Assembly: GCA_002633005.1 (NCBI GenBank)
Contig: NMRA01000138.1
Coordinates: forward strand, 369,005 to 433,004
Length of the DNA stretch: 64,000 nucleotides
From: Phoronis australis
Lineage: Eukaryota; Animalia; Phoronida
Direction of reading: 5' to 3'
Shown here one piece after another: positions 37,231-49,580 of this stretch; the stretch's first letter is position 1; each line of letters begins with the position of its first letter. The translations under genes were made by a program, and so were the position numbers. The notes below the pieces were generated by a model. The model was given only the letters and a program-made list of their open reading frames with translations, was not told where the DNA came from and searched no databases.

Positions 37231-38247
37231 CAGTGGCGGATCTAGGATATCACAAGGGGGCCCCAACATTTTGTCTGTAAACATTTGCGTCCAGCACGAT
37301 TGTAGATGCACATAGCACCGAATGGGAGGAGGTCGGGAGGGGGGTTTGCAAAACCCCCTCCCGTCCAGGAAAGTTTTCTTTTTTTCCTCTAAAAATCAAG
37401 CATTTTCCTTGATTCCTGAAGTATTATCCAAGAAAAAAAGGCCCTGTAATAAAAAGAAGAAACAAAAAAAAAACCACACACACACACACACACACAGAGA
37501 ACGTGTCTAACTTGAAAAACTGCAATTACCACGGACTCGACTTCACGACCTGACAGACAGAGCGCGCGTGCTTTACCACTGCACCACCACGACTTCACTC
37601 ATAATGTATTACCAAAAGACCTACTTGTTTATGGTCCACAGCGTTTGTGCGCGAAACCTACTTCTTTTTGTAATGCTTATTATACTTTTTTTATTTTGTG
37701 CAATCAGTTCGTAACAAATTTGTTGTATTTAAAACAGTCTTCAAATGCCCAAAAGACTAAATCCGTTTTTTGTGGCATTAATGACGCGATTGCTTTGGAA
37801 ATGGAAATCGTCTCAAGTTAAGGTTTGACAAAGAGAGAATTATGAGTTTGTGAGTGATTCATTAAGGCTTCGCTTAAAATTGACATCTTACCAGCAGCTT
37901 CTGTTTTTTCATCGTCACTCAGATTCCATTTTCTTTAAAAAATGAAAAAGTTCTCTTCCTTGCACAGTGAAGAAGACAACGGAAACGGAGTCGTAGTGCG
38001 CAGCGCAGCTGTCGGTCGCCTGAGATATCGAGAGAAAGCCTATACTTAGCCATAGTTCCGTTACGACACTTGAAATTGGATATGAGCCCCCCACCAAACA
38101 CACTAAAACTGCACACATTTAAATATTGTTTCAGCTGTATAATGTTAATTACCGGGGTTAATTAATAAACTCAAAATTTCCCTTGCTGTTTTACTTTTTG
38201 CGGCAGCCAAGGGGGGGGGGCCCTGGTCCCCCCTAAATCCGCCTATG
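37231..38247. mobile_element. hAT-like MITE with nested SINE
   Basis: Left end CAGTGGCGGATCTAGG, right end CCTAAATCCGCCTATG, with G/C-rich subterminal tracts. No clean TSD. Confidence 0.5.
37475..37600 (-). mobile_element. tRNA-derived SINE remnant with (TG)n tract
   Basis: Minus-strand A-box TGGTGCAGTGG and degenerate B-box AAGTCGAGTCC, followed by (TG)n. Confidence 0.55.
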
Positions 38248-39641
38248 ATTCTTTACTCCAAAGTAGCCTACTGCCTATATTCAGAAGTCTTTCTTTCCGT
38301 ACGTTTGTGGAATCCCAAGGCTTCCATCACTCTACATTTTTCAGGCACAATTCCATTGATGTGCACTCATTCGACCTATTCCATTCTTAAACACCTCGCA
38401 CCTGGATATTTATCACACACACCACCACCACTTTGTAAATAATTTGTAACATAAGCCATCACAAAACTCTCAAGTCATGCTTGTGAAGCGATTCCCGAGA
38501 GGTAGATCGGGATAGACAGTGAATGTTATGTTCCTAGCAGAGAAGAGATGGCTCCGATCTATTCTGGCGCATGGTCGGTCATAAAAATAAGGTCGAGCAA
38601 TCATGGCTGGTTCACCCAATGTGGACAAGGGATGGTCTCCTATATCATTTGTAGCGATCAAATGTTTCATACGACAGAAAACTCAAGATTTTCGATATAA
38701 CGTTTGCGTTAGTTCTACATTGACGTTCTCTGGCAACAGCAACACATTTTTAAGCTTACTGTCTGCGTTACTGAACGGGTGTTAGTTCGTAGTAATGCGG
38801 AACAATGACGCAAACCTTATCCTACAGACTGTAATCTTGTTTTTGTTGTATATTGTCTTGGCATATAGGTTACTTAGGACAATTCACTGCACAGGATTAT
38901 CTCAAAATAACGAACAAATGGTGTTTAACGTATTCTCCACAGCCTTTTTAAATGCAAAAGTAACGACACCTATCAGGTCAGTCAACTATCGTGACAAAGA
39001 GTCATGATCTTGGCTGTATTTTCGGCTTACACGTGATGAAAATCGGAACGAGGATATATGGATAACACACGATAATGATGTACCCACACTTGCAGTGCAT
39101 GCTTGCTGCAAGTCAAATTTATTATCCGGAGAGTTGAGACGGATATAGAATGAACAGAGATCTATAGGCAATGTACAATAATGTTGGGAAGTGTCTTAAT
39201 TTAAATTCCAACGTTCTGACTGGTTCTCTCTTCGTCCGCGACGCAATTTGGTTCAAATGTGCTCCAGGTTGCAGGTTCTCATGTGATTGTCGTTGTTTAT
39301 TAGGTGACTGACATCACGAACAAGCCTGATCAAGTCCATAAAGCGGATCAAAATGGTGTTCAAAGACGACACAAAAATGCGCGTTCATATTGTCTCTTTA
39401 GCCCAAATAACTTACACCGACATCACAGGAATTAGGAAAGGGCTATTAGTGTACGATGATCATACAACATCGAACATCTTTACATGAAACAGTTGCGCAT
39501 AGACACGTGGTCCGTGTTATTTTTTTGCTTGGTTCTCTATTTGGAAATTCTGTTTTGATTATTTTGAATAGAAATAAAATCGTCTGCCTAAACGCGCTTT
39601 GAGGTGATGATGTGGTAACAAAAAAAAATCTATTGGTGTAC

Positions 39642-39890
39642 TTACACCAACCTGTTACCTGACGTTTCGGTAGATCATTCTCAGGTCATCTTCAGGTGTT
39701 AAATTGTTCTTAGAAGGACAAGCCTGGGTGCGCCAAGAAAAAAAATAGAAAGAGTGATGATCATTGACCACTATGAGTGTACCATACACCCGTGGTCGTT
39801 CTTCTAAGGACACTGTAAACCCTGAATATGGGAGGAGAAATGACCGACCGAAACGTCGTGCCAATGTAAATAGGCTAGAGGTTGGTGTAA
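39642..39890. mobile_element. Inverted repeat carrying two decayed minimal hammerhead motifs (Penelope-like)
   Basis: Arms TTACACCAACCT / AGGTTGGTGTAA and GACGTTTCGGT / ACCGAAACGTC. Each arm has CTGAA(G/T)ATG...CCGAAACGTC. Confidence 0.6.
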
Positions 39891-41498
39891 ATAGAACTTA
39901 AGATTTTAGAAATCATGTTAAACATAAAAATACAAAAGTGCTCATATGATATTTTCCATTCCTACATGTACGTAACTAATTTTGGTTCGACAACTGTTTT
40001 TTTCTCCTTCGTTTAATACCACCATTTCTAATTTTAACTCGTCTGCTATTTTTGCAAAAGTGGTCGCAGCACGAGTCTGAAGGCACTCATGCATCGTTCA
40101 CTGATACGCGTACTTTATGAAGCGTATCGAAGTTGAACAATTCGTTTTTAATAGATGTCACTACAGTAAGCAGCGGCAATAGAACAACCTCAGAAACATC
40201 TATTCAGAAATGATGATTTAAGTATCAAGTAACAAATTACATGTAGTTCTTGTCTTTCGATTCATTTCCATGTACAAAACATGACGCAGAGAAGCCAAGT
40301 TTGCTCTTATAACAATTTCAGTTTCTTAGGTAGGCTACGTTTGTACGTTGGCAGATATCGATTTTTCTTTTCAATAGATATCATCCATTGGCAGCAAAAA
40401 TAGTATTTTACCATGCTTACTCAACGTGCATACATATTAATAATGTTTGAACAATAAAACGAATGAAATAAAACAAAACGTGACCTTTGCGTCTCAGTCA
40501 TTAATAGTTCATTGAAGACATCCGAAAGCTCTTCCCTACGCGTCTTCAGCTTACATGTTCTATTCATTTCGATTGTGTCTGTGACAATTCAATTATTTAG
40601 TTTGCAAAGTATCATTACTGGTTAATTTAAAACATGCAGTCTTGTCACTTTTCGAAAACACTTACATTGTTTGTATCAATATTGGCTAATTAAATTTGCA
40701 TAACTATATTTGCGTATCTAGATAGATTTCGAAACGAGCACTTTTCAATTAAGAGACAGTGGGGTAGAGGGAGAGAGTGGTGAAATATTTATCACATATT
40801 CACAATTTGTAAAGCACAGCTGTTGAAAAACAAGCATTGCCATTGTGTTTATAAGAAAGAGTTCTCTTAAGGCAAACGCCGCTTAAATGGAGACCACTTG
40901 TGTTGGAGTTACAGTTGCGTTTTGCCTTGTTTAATTTGGTCAAAACAAAAATGGAATCAGGTCATTTATTCTCATAAACTCTGTCTCATAACTTTCCTTA
41001 CCTTGAGAGGATTCTATTTCCGTTACCAGCAAGAATATCGGAACCATCAGCGACCCAAGAAAACGCTTCAGAGTTTATTGGGGGTTGGTCAACCCTAAAA
41101 TTTCGAAGTCCGAAAATGGCGCATGTGTCCCATTGCCTGTGGCTTAAGATGGGATCGGAAATTGAATCCTATCGCGGAAGGATAATGAGAAATGAGACCG
41201 ATTTTATGAGAGTAAAAGGACCAATTTGATTTTATTTTTATCCTGTTAAAGAAGGTTACATGCAGCTGTAACCATACATATGTACAATAGAACTAAAACA
41301 CAAGTCATTAATTAATAGCCATCTACGCAGGTCCGTGGGAAGGTAAACAATACTGGGCAAGAGCAAATTAATTTAACTTCGCTAAACTCATGTCTTCGTC
41401 ATCTTAAATTTCAGATCCCCCTACCGCCACCGCTTCCGGTTCCCCTCGCTAATATAGCTGACTTTGCTGTGTGAGGGGAGGTGGTGGGGGGACCAGAT

Positions 41499-41937
41499 GG
41501 AGGCATCCACCAGAACCTTGGATCCCTGTGTTTCAACAAAATTTCACGAGAAAGGTAACTTTTAAACCTGAACACGTCACGCAATTTTTACCTTTAGGGT
41601 TCAAAGAATATGTTTTGACAAATTCAATCATTAAAGTGTAAGGTAGACCTTCTAAACGTTGGCCGCAAAATCCGGAGAAATACGGGGACAAATAGCATCA
41701 CCTCGGAATTAAGTAGACGAAGCATCGTTTCGGAAACTTCTTAAATCGAAAATGATGCCTACGGTTAAGATTCATTTTATTAGGGTCTAGTTTAGGGAAA
41801 TTTCATTTTAACGGAGTTATGCTTTAAAGGCAGACTTTGAAAGGGTGCTGTTCCGGGATCCCTGGTACATTGCCTTAGGTGTTGGAAAACCCCTTGTTGA
41901 AACACAGGCTGACCGAGTTTCTATGATGGCTGCCTCC
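41499..41937. mobile_element. MITE with ~40-bp imperfect TIRs
   Basis: GGAGGCATCCA...CCTGTGTTTCAACAA and TTGTTGAAACACAGG...TGGCTGCCTCC. Confidence 0.7.
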
Positions 41938-44900
41938 CTAAGGGAATGATATAAAATTGACCGAATTCCTTCAACCTCCAGACACGTCAAAATTTACAGA
42001 AACACCAGTTTCTTTGATGGTTGATTCTCATTGGCAAAAATCTACTGCATTTTGAGTGTCCAGTTATAGATTTACCCGAACGTTCAGCATTTATGTTCAC
42101 ATAGGTATCGTCTTTTTCTTAAAAGATTAGCTTTTAATTGTCAAAAAATCGTACATGAATCAGTCGACTTTTCGAAGATACATAAACAAATATACAAGAA
42201 ACCAGTGAACCCTCGCAGGTTACCAAAATAAAATAGCCTTGATATGCTGGTTCTTGAGATGGCGACACAATAGAAAAACTAAAGGGTCACCGGTGCGTCT
42301 GTTGAGTTAACTGGAGTTTGTTCAGTAGCAATTTGTTAGAAATCCGAAATTCACTGTTTGTGATTTGTGTGCCATTCCGTCAGGCATGTGCTCAAGTGCC
42401 CTTCTTGATTGGCAACAGGTAGAGCACGAGAGACGAACCTCTTATGGGGCTTTCGGGCCCTCTCTCAGGAGGTTTCAGAAGTTCTTCGTTTTAGTTTTTT
42501 AGTTGATTTCAGTGGTAGCCTGTCAAGTTGTACAAATCAAACATGCAATTCAAAAATCTTTATTTGCCAGTACAAGTGCTTTAAGCACCTTAATCATTTA
42601 GACATGTACACCGTGCACAGTGATCAAAAACCATATTCCCCGAGCTTAATCAACATGTGCGAGTCTCCTACCAATAACTTCCTCTTCAACAACAATGCTT
42701 TCCTAATAGCGACCTCCAAATTCTTATAGGATAAGCCATCGGCAATATTGTTTTGGAGGTAATTCACAGCTAGTGATTTTCAATTTTTTTAAACCTTCAT
42801 CCTTTCAATGACTGTCGGTGCTATTGGTTTTCTCAGTACAATCTCGCATTATGGGTTGTTAGGGTCTCATGTCTTGATGCTGCTGTGCCTCATATGAGCA
42901 TGTTCTGCAGTTTTTTCAACCAATTTGAAAGTCACTTACTTCCCCTCTCCCGCCGCTTCAAGAGAGGACCTATGCCTCAAAGGGACCCTTTATTATAAAA
43001 GGTTGTGGTACAAAACACTGGAAAAGAGTTACAGAGTTAATTCCCTCCATGACATGACCTTTGTTCACATAAAAAATACAATTTCACGAAAACCGTGAGG
43101 AAAGAAATTGATGACGTCATAGATGCTATCGCCAGAACTTCTGTACGTCATGTTTCCAATCAAGTGGTACACACATTCAAAAATAACGGAAGAAAAAGAG
43201 CGACGTTCAACTCTATTAATCACTTGCCAGAGGCTTTATTGAAATTAAAGGGACATTCTCGACGAGAAAAACAATTTACAGAAATTGACAGNTTATGAAT
43301 GCAACTTTGGCAGGATTCTTTGACAATGTATTAGCGTATGCAAACACGGAAGAATGTTATTGTAGAAAAAAGCATTTCACAAGACATATTCCAGGCGGTT
43401 AGCTTTTTGCTATTTTCATCAACGGCAAAGCGTTATAGCGCGCGTTGCAATATGTAAACGGGATAACGATTTGGCGTGCAAACATCAAATTAATTTGTTG
43501 GTACGGTTTTAACTAAGTCATGTTCTGTGTCGCAGTCGAAGATAAAGTAGGTTACTGCTTAACGTGGTTATATAGATCACAAAAAAGACATTGCTGACGA
43601 TGCGTTTACTGAGAGGCAAAGCATATTTTGGGGAAATGGTGGTGCAGCGGCACGTAAGTGGAAAGAATAGCTTTGGCCCACTTCCTGTGATAACAATACG
43701 GTACCATGTTCGCATGCGACACGTTACGTCATCAGCAACAATGTCGACGTCATGCCAGAATCAAGACCAAAGCAACCCTCATGACGTGCAAATAGTACAG
43801 TGTGCATGTTAATGTTTTATTTCTTCAAAAGTTTGCAAATAAGCTTTAATGGGTCTCATGGAGTTGGCTTACCATTATGGAACAGTGATGACTGTGACTC
43901 TTATAGTCTCTGTGTATGTACATTCATTCAGAATGCATTGTATTGCTATTGTTTTTTATTCAGACTGAAAATACACGTTCTACTCAGGGTTTATTGCTCT
44001 TATCGCATTTAACAATAGCGTTCATTCAATTTGTTTGTATCAAAATCAGATGGATATGACGATTGCGACTGGCCAATCTTCATCCGAAAGAATTCTCGGA
44101 GACTTTAAAACAACCTGTAGTTTCATATGGTATACACATGCGGATGATTTCAACCAATCTGCTCGCGATTTTGTCGCAAAAATTACAGGCTCAAGCACAA
44201 TTTCCGAACATATCGACTGACATTTCTGAGGCACTTGTTTCGTAATTAGGGGCACCTAATAAAATTATTTTGTTAACCCAGTAATTACAACGAGGATTAG
44301 AAGGCTTTAGGATGTGGCTACAACTTTCAGAGATTTCTGTACAAATAATTACGCTGGCAAATTACGCAATTAAAATCAAATAGTGGAACAAGGCTGTCTT
44401 ATAGATGCCGCGGAAATACCGTATATCCCACAAATGATGCAAAGACCATACAAAGTGCCCACGCAGACTATGTAAAATTATCCACAGTTTCTATCGTGAA
44501 ACACACCCCAAGTTATACTCGCTATTCATGACAATTACAACACGCTCAACAACGCGCACCCATGAAATATTAAAAAATGGTGGCAAACGTGCTTAATCTC
44601 ATTTAGTATTTGCGTATTGAATTAATTTTTTATTTAGGGTAAGTACTTTAACGTAAAATTTTGCTTTAAACTCTCTATTTTCATTGCATCTGAGCGCAGC
44701 GAAAACTCTCAACTTAAAAACTCAATTAATTGGGCGTCGTGTCAGTTTTTAGTGTCGTTGGCAAATCGCAGTATTTGTACTGTCATTAGACACGCTTAAG
44801 GACTCGGCAAACCGATAAACTGCATATAGAAACGCTTAATTAAAAGGAAAACACTCATTTAACATAATGTTGTTTCATATCGATTTCATATCTTTGTATT

Positions 44901-45466
44901 GAACCTGTTTGTTCATTATCTTTCCGCATTAAAAATTGATTAACAACCTTAAAACAATCAACTGTTAGCCGTGAAGGGTCTTTTGTGTGTCTATCTCCGT
45001 GTCGACACTTACTGTAAATGTTCGATGAGCTGTAATTTGGAAACTACACGTGTGGGTGGATAAGTGAATCATTGGCGTTATAATGCCAAGAAATAAACAA
45101 ACGATCTCAATCGCCATTTTATCAGGATAAGAACTGTTTATTGTATATAGACCTTGGCCTCATAATACAGTTTAGAATACCACTTTACAATGATAAGAGT
45201 TTAGCTCTCAGCACTGTAGATCCTGAAATATATAACGCAGGTTTTTTTTTAGTTCACAAAGATCATGGCTTTGAAATAATCTAACTACTCTGGCATCATC
45301 TGTCATTTTCGTCAGCAAATTTCGGAGCACATCACTAAGGACAGGGCATTGACATAAAATGAAGCACGTTTTCAAACTGACTAGGTTGCATATGCTACAA
45401 ATTCTTTCACTATGGTGTAAAATTACGTGCACTGAGCACTTAAATCGAGTATGTATTTTTTCCTTA

Positions 45467-47279
45467 AAGGCCCGTTGCCAGGGGGTTCGATAGAACCCAC
45501 CCGCGGAAAAGGTCCAGCCCAAACATATCCGTTATATATATTTTTATATAAGGTTATAGATGGACAACAAGAACAAAATTGTTGCAGTTATTGGTAGTAC
45601 TAACTTCAATGATACCATGTTAGTAATAATTTTGAATTTACTTCTAATTCAAATCGCTTCACGTGGCATCTGGCCGTATACGGCCAACTTCGTCCGAGTG
45701 GTGTTTGTGCAAAGATGATTTGTGTAAGCCTATAAGACACTGAGGATCGTGCAGACGATAAGAGGAGGCTTCATGTTATTCATCAGTATTGAACGCGCGT
45801 GGTGGCTAAGCCACAAGGTGACAAGGGAGCCTAGAAGTGAATTTATACATGTAGGTATAGATGTCTAGCCTATGACCTATGTAAGCTATATAGCGAAGAG
45901 AGAGCTTCCAAAAAGTAGTGCGGTGTGAATGCCTTAAAGCGGCTAAGACTGAAGCAAAACAGGAGAAAATTGAGATTTGTTATTCTGCTATTTTGGTTTA
46001 ATTGCTAGTAGGCATTTTCAAATTTTGAAAATGCCTACTCAAAAACTGAAAATGATCCTCAAATATGTTGTTCATCCAGTGTCCACTTTGATTGTGGATT
46101 GGTGGATTGACATGCATGCGTGTACACGTGTGTGCGTTTCCGTTCTTTTAAATTCAGTTCACGCTCACGGTAAGTTCACTATAAGCAGTCCTCCGTACGG
46201 CTCAAAAACCTGACTATTGTGTTTTCTTGGTCTTAGAAAACCCCGTTAAGCATTTTCACAAGATCTGGGGCACGGGTCAAGGCTGCGGCGCCCAAAGGCG
46301 GTTTTAAATTTAAGGAGACTGAATGGGACTACATGACTTCGTGAAGACTGGCAAGGACAGGGTGGCCCACTACATTTAGTTTCGTCCCGGCCTTGCGCGT
46401 GGTTCCTTGGGTGACGTTGAGGCGCAGCGGCTCCAAACTTTTTAGTCGCGCTTCGATGCGATCTTATTGACATGGATCTGATGAATGAATCGTGGTTGAT
46501 AATTCATTAATGTTCCTATTTCATATAATTTTAATGCAAATGCGTACTCATTTTTCCGTGTTAAGACATGCGGGCAATTTCGCATGCACATTGAAAATGA
46601 AAGTATGCAGTGACCACACTACTGGCCAGCTAGACGGTGGTCACTGTCTACATGAAATCCAAACAAAGTGTTCTAGTACCCGGCGTTGTTTTCTATATAG
46701 GTGCATCTAATAACCGAAGTATCGTTTATTTTGCATGTAAAAGTATAAAATCACACCTGAGTCTGAAAGTTTAGATATTTCCGGAGCAGTGAACCTAAGG
46801 AATAGGGAACCTCTGGAGTAGTAAACTTTCGAAATAGTAGGCTGTTCCCATTTTCAGCGATGTAAGAAACTTCAGTAACGCGCAAAAATACACCCAGATA
46901 AACAATTTCGTCAAGTCATTCTTCGACTAAACTTGATATTTCCGTCCGAGTATGTAATGAGATGTAATCGCTCATTTAAATATGCCTGATTTGAAATTTT
47001 GGTAGAAGGTAACGCGAGAAAGTTCTCTTACTGGACCACAGTACATCCGAATTTGTGTCCCGTTCTTTGCGAGCAACCGTCACAGCATCTTCATTTCTGA
47101 TATTACTAGTTCCGTCTCATCCAAGGAACATAGAGCTAAGAGTCATCGTCGTGTATACTGAGATTTCCCTTCCCCCTAATTAAGCTGCGTCAAAGGCCTT
47201 ACCGAAAACTCTACAGTATATCCTAGGTCCCCCGTTCTAGAAATTCGGACCCCCCCGCTCAATGCTGGCTACGGGCCTG
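45467..47279. mobile_element. Non-autonomous hAT-like element (~1.8 kb), family C copy 1
   Basis: Left end AGGCCCGTTGCCAG, right end CTGGCTACGGGCCTG. The segment 46057-47279 is colinear with 59072-61104. Confidence 0.75.
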
Positions 47280-48180
47280 CCTCAGATAGGCCTCTAAACA
47301 GTACAGGTATTTCGCTCACTGTAGTTCCGTTGTGATAGTACAGAAACTGATGATTAGTCGATTTGTTAATTACAGGGAGTCAGACTTTTGAACGTCACAG
47401 TCAATTAGTCTCCGACAAAATTCTAATATGAAAAAATGTTAAACATTCACTGTGGCTACAATTGCTAAGATAGAATGTTAACACAGACCAGTTTAGTCAA
47501 ATGATGCTTTTCAACCTCAAACATAATTTAATGTACAACCCTCGAGTTCAATTTCTATATTTATTTTGGTACACTATGGAATTATGGCCACAGGTGAATG
47601 ACACTGAAAATTTGATAGTGAAAACGTACGTACAAATCATTATGTATCAGTATCATGAATTAGAGGAAACAAAAGAAAGCGTATCTTTAAATTGAATTGT
47701 CTATGCTGTAGAATCACTTGTACTGAACCAACAAACTGGCGTTGTCCTTCGCCTCAAATCAGGGGTTAGCTGTCAAAGTCTCCAAGTTAGTCTCGGGAGA
47801 ACTTAGCTGTCATCCGTCATTCAGAAACAAACAACTAATAACCACTAATTATAAAATAAGTGGCAAATAGACCGTTTTGTGTAACAGACGCGCTTCCAGG
47901 CATCAGGAAATTTTTCTTCCATAACACTCCATAGCAGTCCCTGAGGATTTCTGGTTTCATTAATGAATAACAAGGTACATTGTATTCTACAGGTACAATA
48001 GGACTTGTACTGGCAGCTATTTGGCTGTGTATGTTAATAATTAAACATTAGCATTTGGTAACGATAGCTTGTTGTTTGTACACGTTAAATGGTCAGCAGA
48101 TACTTGAGAGACAGGCCGGACAGAGGCTGGGAGTGTAGGTCACATAAGCACGTTTGCCTACGATACAGAATCTGCGGATA

Positions 48181-48352
48181 TATATAGATTATTACACGGC
48201 GAAGTCGTTATCCTCCGTTATCTAGAGCCCGAGTGGATTTTGGAGAATTATCGCCAGAGGGGCGTTAGCCCCGAGGGTGATAATTTTCCAAAATCCTCGA
48301 GGGCTCTAGATAAGGGGGATAATGACTGAGAACATGTAATAATCTATTTATA
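48181..48352. repeat. ~170-bp near-perfect hairpin element
   Basis: Arms ATAGATTATTACA/TGTAATAATCTAT, TTATCTAGAGCCC/GGGCTCTAGATAA and GGATTTTGGAGAATTATC/GATAATTTTCCAAAATCC, with apex GGGGC-GTTA-GCCCC. Confidence 0.9.
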
Positions 48353-49087
48353 CCACATACTGAACGAGAAACATTGCAATGAATCAATCTAACTTTCTCG
48401 ACTCGCCTCGGCTTTGTAACTACTTTCTATGTCAGAGGCCGGGGTCGGAGGTCGTGACCTTTTAAGAAAAACCGAGCGTTTTTGTCAAATAATGCTTATA
48501 CTCAAAACCAATTGAAAATTTAAACAAAATAGAAATAAAGTGATTGTATAAATTAAGGTTTAGCAACTATTATAGCTTACTACACATTTTATCACGCTAA
48601 GCTTCGACCGGGAAAATATCGTCTGCTAAAGTAGGTTACCACTAGTAGCTGACTATAATGCTCAAGTCAAGGGATCCCGACGACACGATACCCGCATTCA
48701 AATTGAAGATCATTGATTTACAAGTGAGAGAACACGAGAGAAAAATTTCACTGAATTAAAATATCGTTTTTATGGAAATTTTGCGTCTTATTTTTCATAG
48801 CGTATAAACGTCGGTGCAATGCCCTTTGCTGAACATGAGATTGTTGCGCGTTTAAGTTTTTTTTTTGAAATTCATCCTGGTACGGGAATTGGGGATAGTT
48901 AGGCCTATAAAAGATCTTTAACCCAGCCGCAGAGCGTCTAAAGCCGCGCACCGTACCAGTGACTGCTGGCAATTCATCGGAGACTCATCCTTCGCCGCAG
49001 AGATAACAACTCTTGGGCTGTCTCCGGTGAGTCCATTCTTTGTTGAATGATGTTTAGAGGTAATTTTCACGTTCGATGACGTCAGTC

Positions 49088-49400
49088 GCTGAGTGGTGTT
49101 GTGGTAAAGTCGGCGACTCCAAACTCTTGAGGCCCGGGTTCGAATCCGGCCTCGGTTTCCCGCCAAGATGTTGTCTCACTAGTGAGATAACTTTATGGGT
49201 TATTACACGGTTGTATCTGCCACTCGAGGCTAATATTGTGGTATAAATATACATATACATACATACGTATATATACATATTCATATTCCTATTCATATTC
49301 ATATTGATGGGTATATAGATAGATAGACAGACAGACAGATAGATAGATGAGAGATAAATCGATTGACTGATAAGTAGACAGACAGATAGACAGATAGACA
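49088..49400 (+). mobile_element. tRNA-derived SINE head followed by microsatellites
   Basis: A-box TGGTGTTGTGG and B-box GGTTCGAATCC. D and anticodon stems do not pair well. Followed by (ACAT)n, (ATATTC)n and (GATA/GACA)n. Confidence 0.65.
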
Positions 49401-49552
49401 TATCTGGGACTTTACCGCCAAGCGCCAATCTTATGCAGAAAAATACCAAAAACTTAATTGTTTTCCAACAACTGTGTATTTAGCACATTAGCACCCGACG
49501 AACTACAATACTGTCGAAAGTGTGCATAATCAAACTAGCTTCAGAAACTCAC

Positions 49553-49580
49553 CTCGTTTTCGATACTCATCCACGTCCAT
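49553..49580 (-). CDS. HDC: Hdc coding exon 1 (MDVDEYRKR(G))
   Basis: CAAC-ATG-G Kozak context and GAG|GTGAGT phase-1 donor that joins exon 2 in frame to give MDVDEYRKRGKEMVDY, the canonical HDC N-terminus. Upstream acceptor TTTGTATTTGCAG ends at 49615. Confidence 0.88.

Larger units (their letters stand above)
6244..49580 (-). other. HDC: Histidine decarboxylase gene, full coding span (13 coding exons, 629 aa)
   Basis: Exons of 28+173+114+123+147+144+67+163+71+20+99+102+639 = 1890 nt join in frame, all with GT-AG introns. PLP-lysine motif FNPSKW (Ser as in HDC, rather than His in DDC or Asn in TDC), IPLSRRF, and the invertebrate-Hdc tail motif LSNTPMSPKVINGSFAAIFD. Confidence 0.92.

Noticed and set aside
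49088-49156. Possible tRNA-Trp(CCA) gene
   Set aside because: A and B boxes are present, but the D and anticodon stems do not pair and the sequence runs into a body and microsatellites, which fits a SINE head.
20808-49552. Nested protein-coding gene in the large Hdc intron
   Set aside because: No chain of exons with recognisable protein similarity other than retrotransposon relics. Small or non-coding exons cannot be excluded by eye.
6244-49580. Alternative call as DOPA or tyrosine decarboxylase (Ddc/Tdc)
   Set aside because: [22 protein letters not shown] and the NGSFAAIFD tail island together fit HDC. A phylogeny would confirm this.
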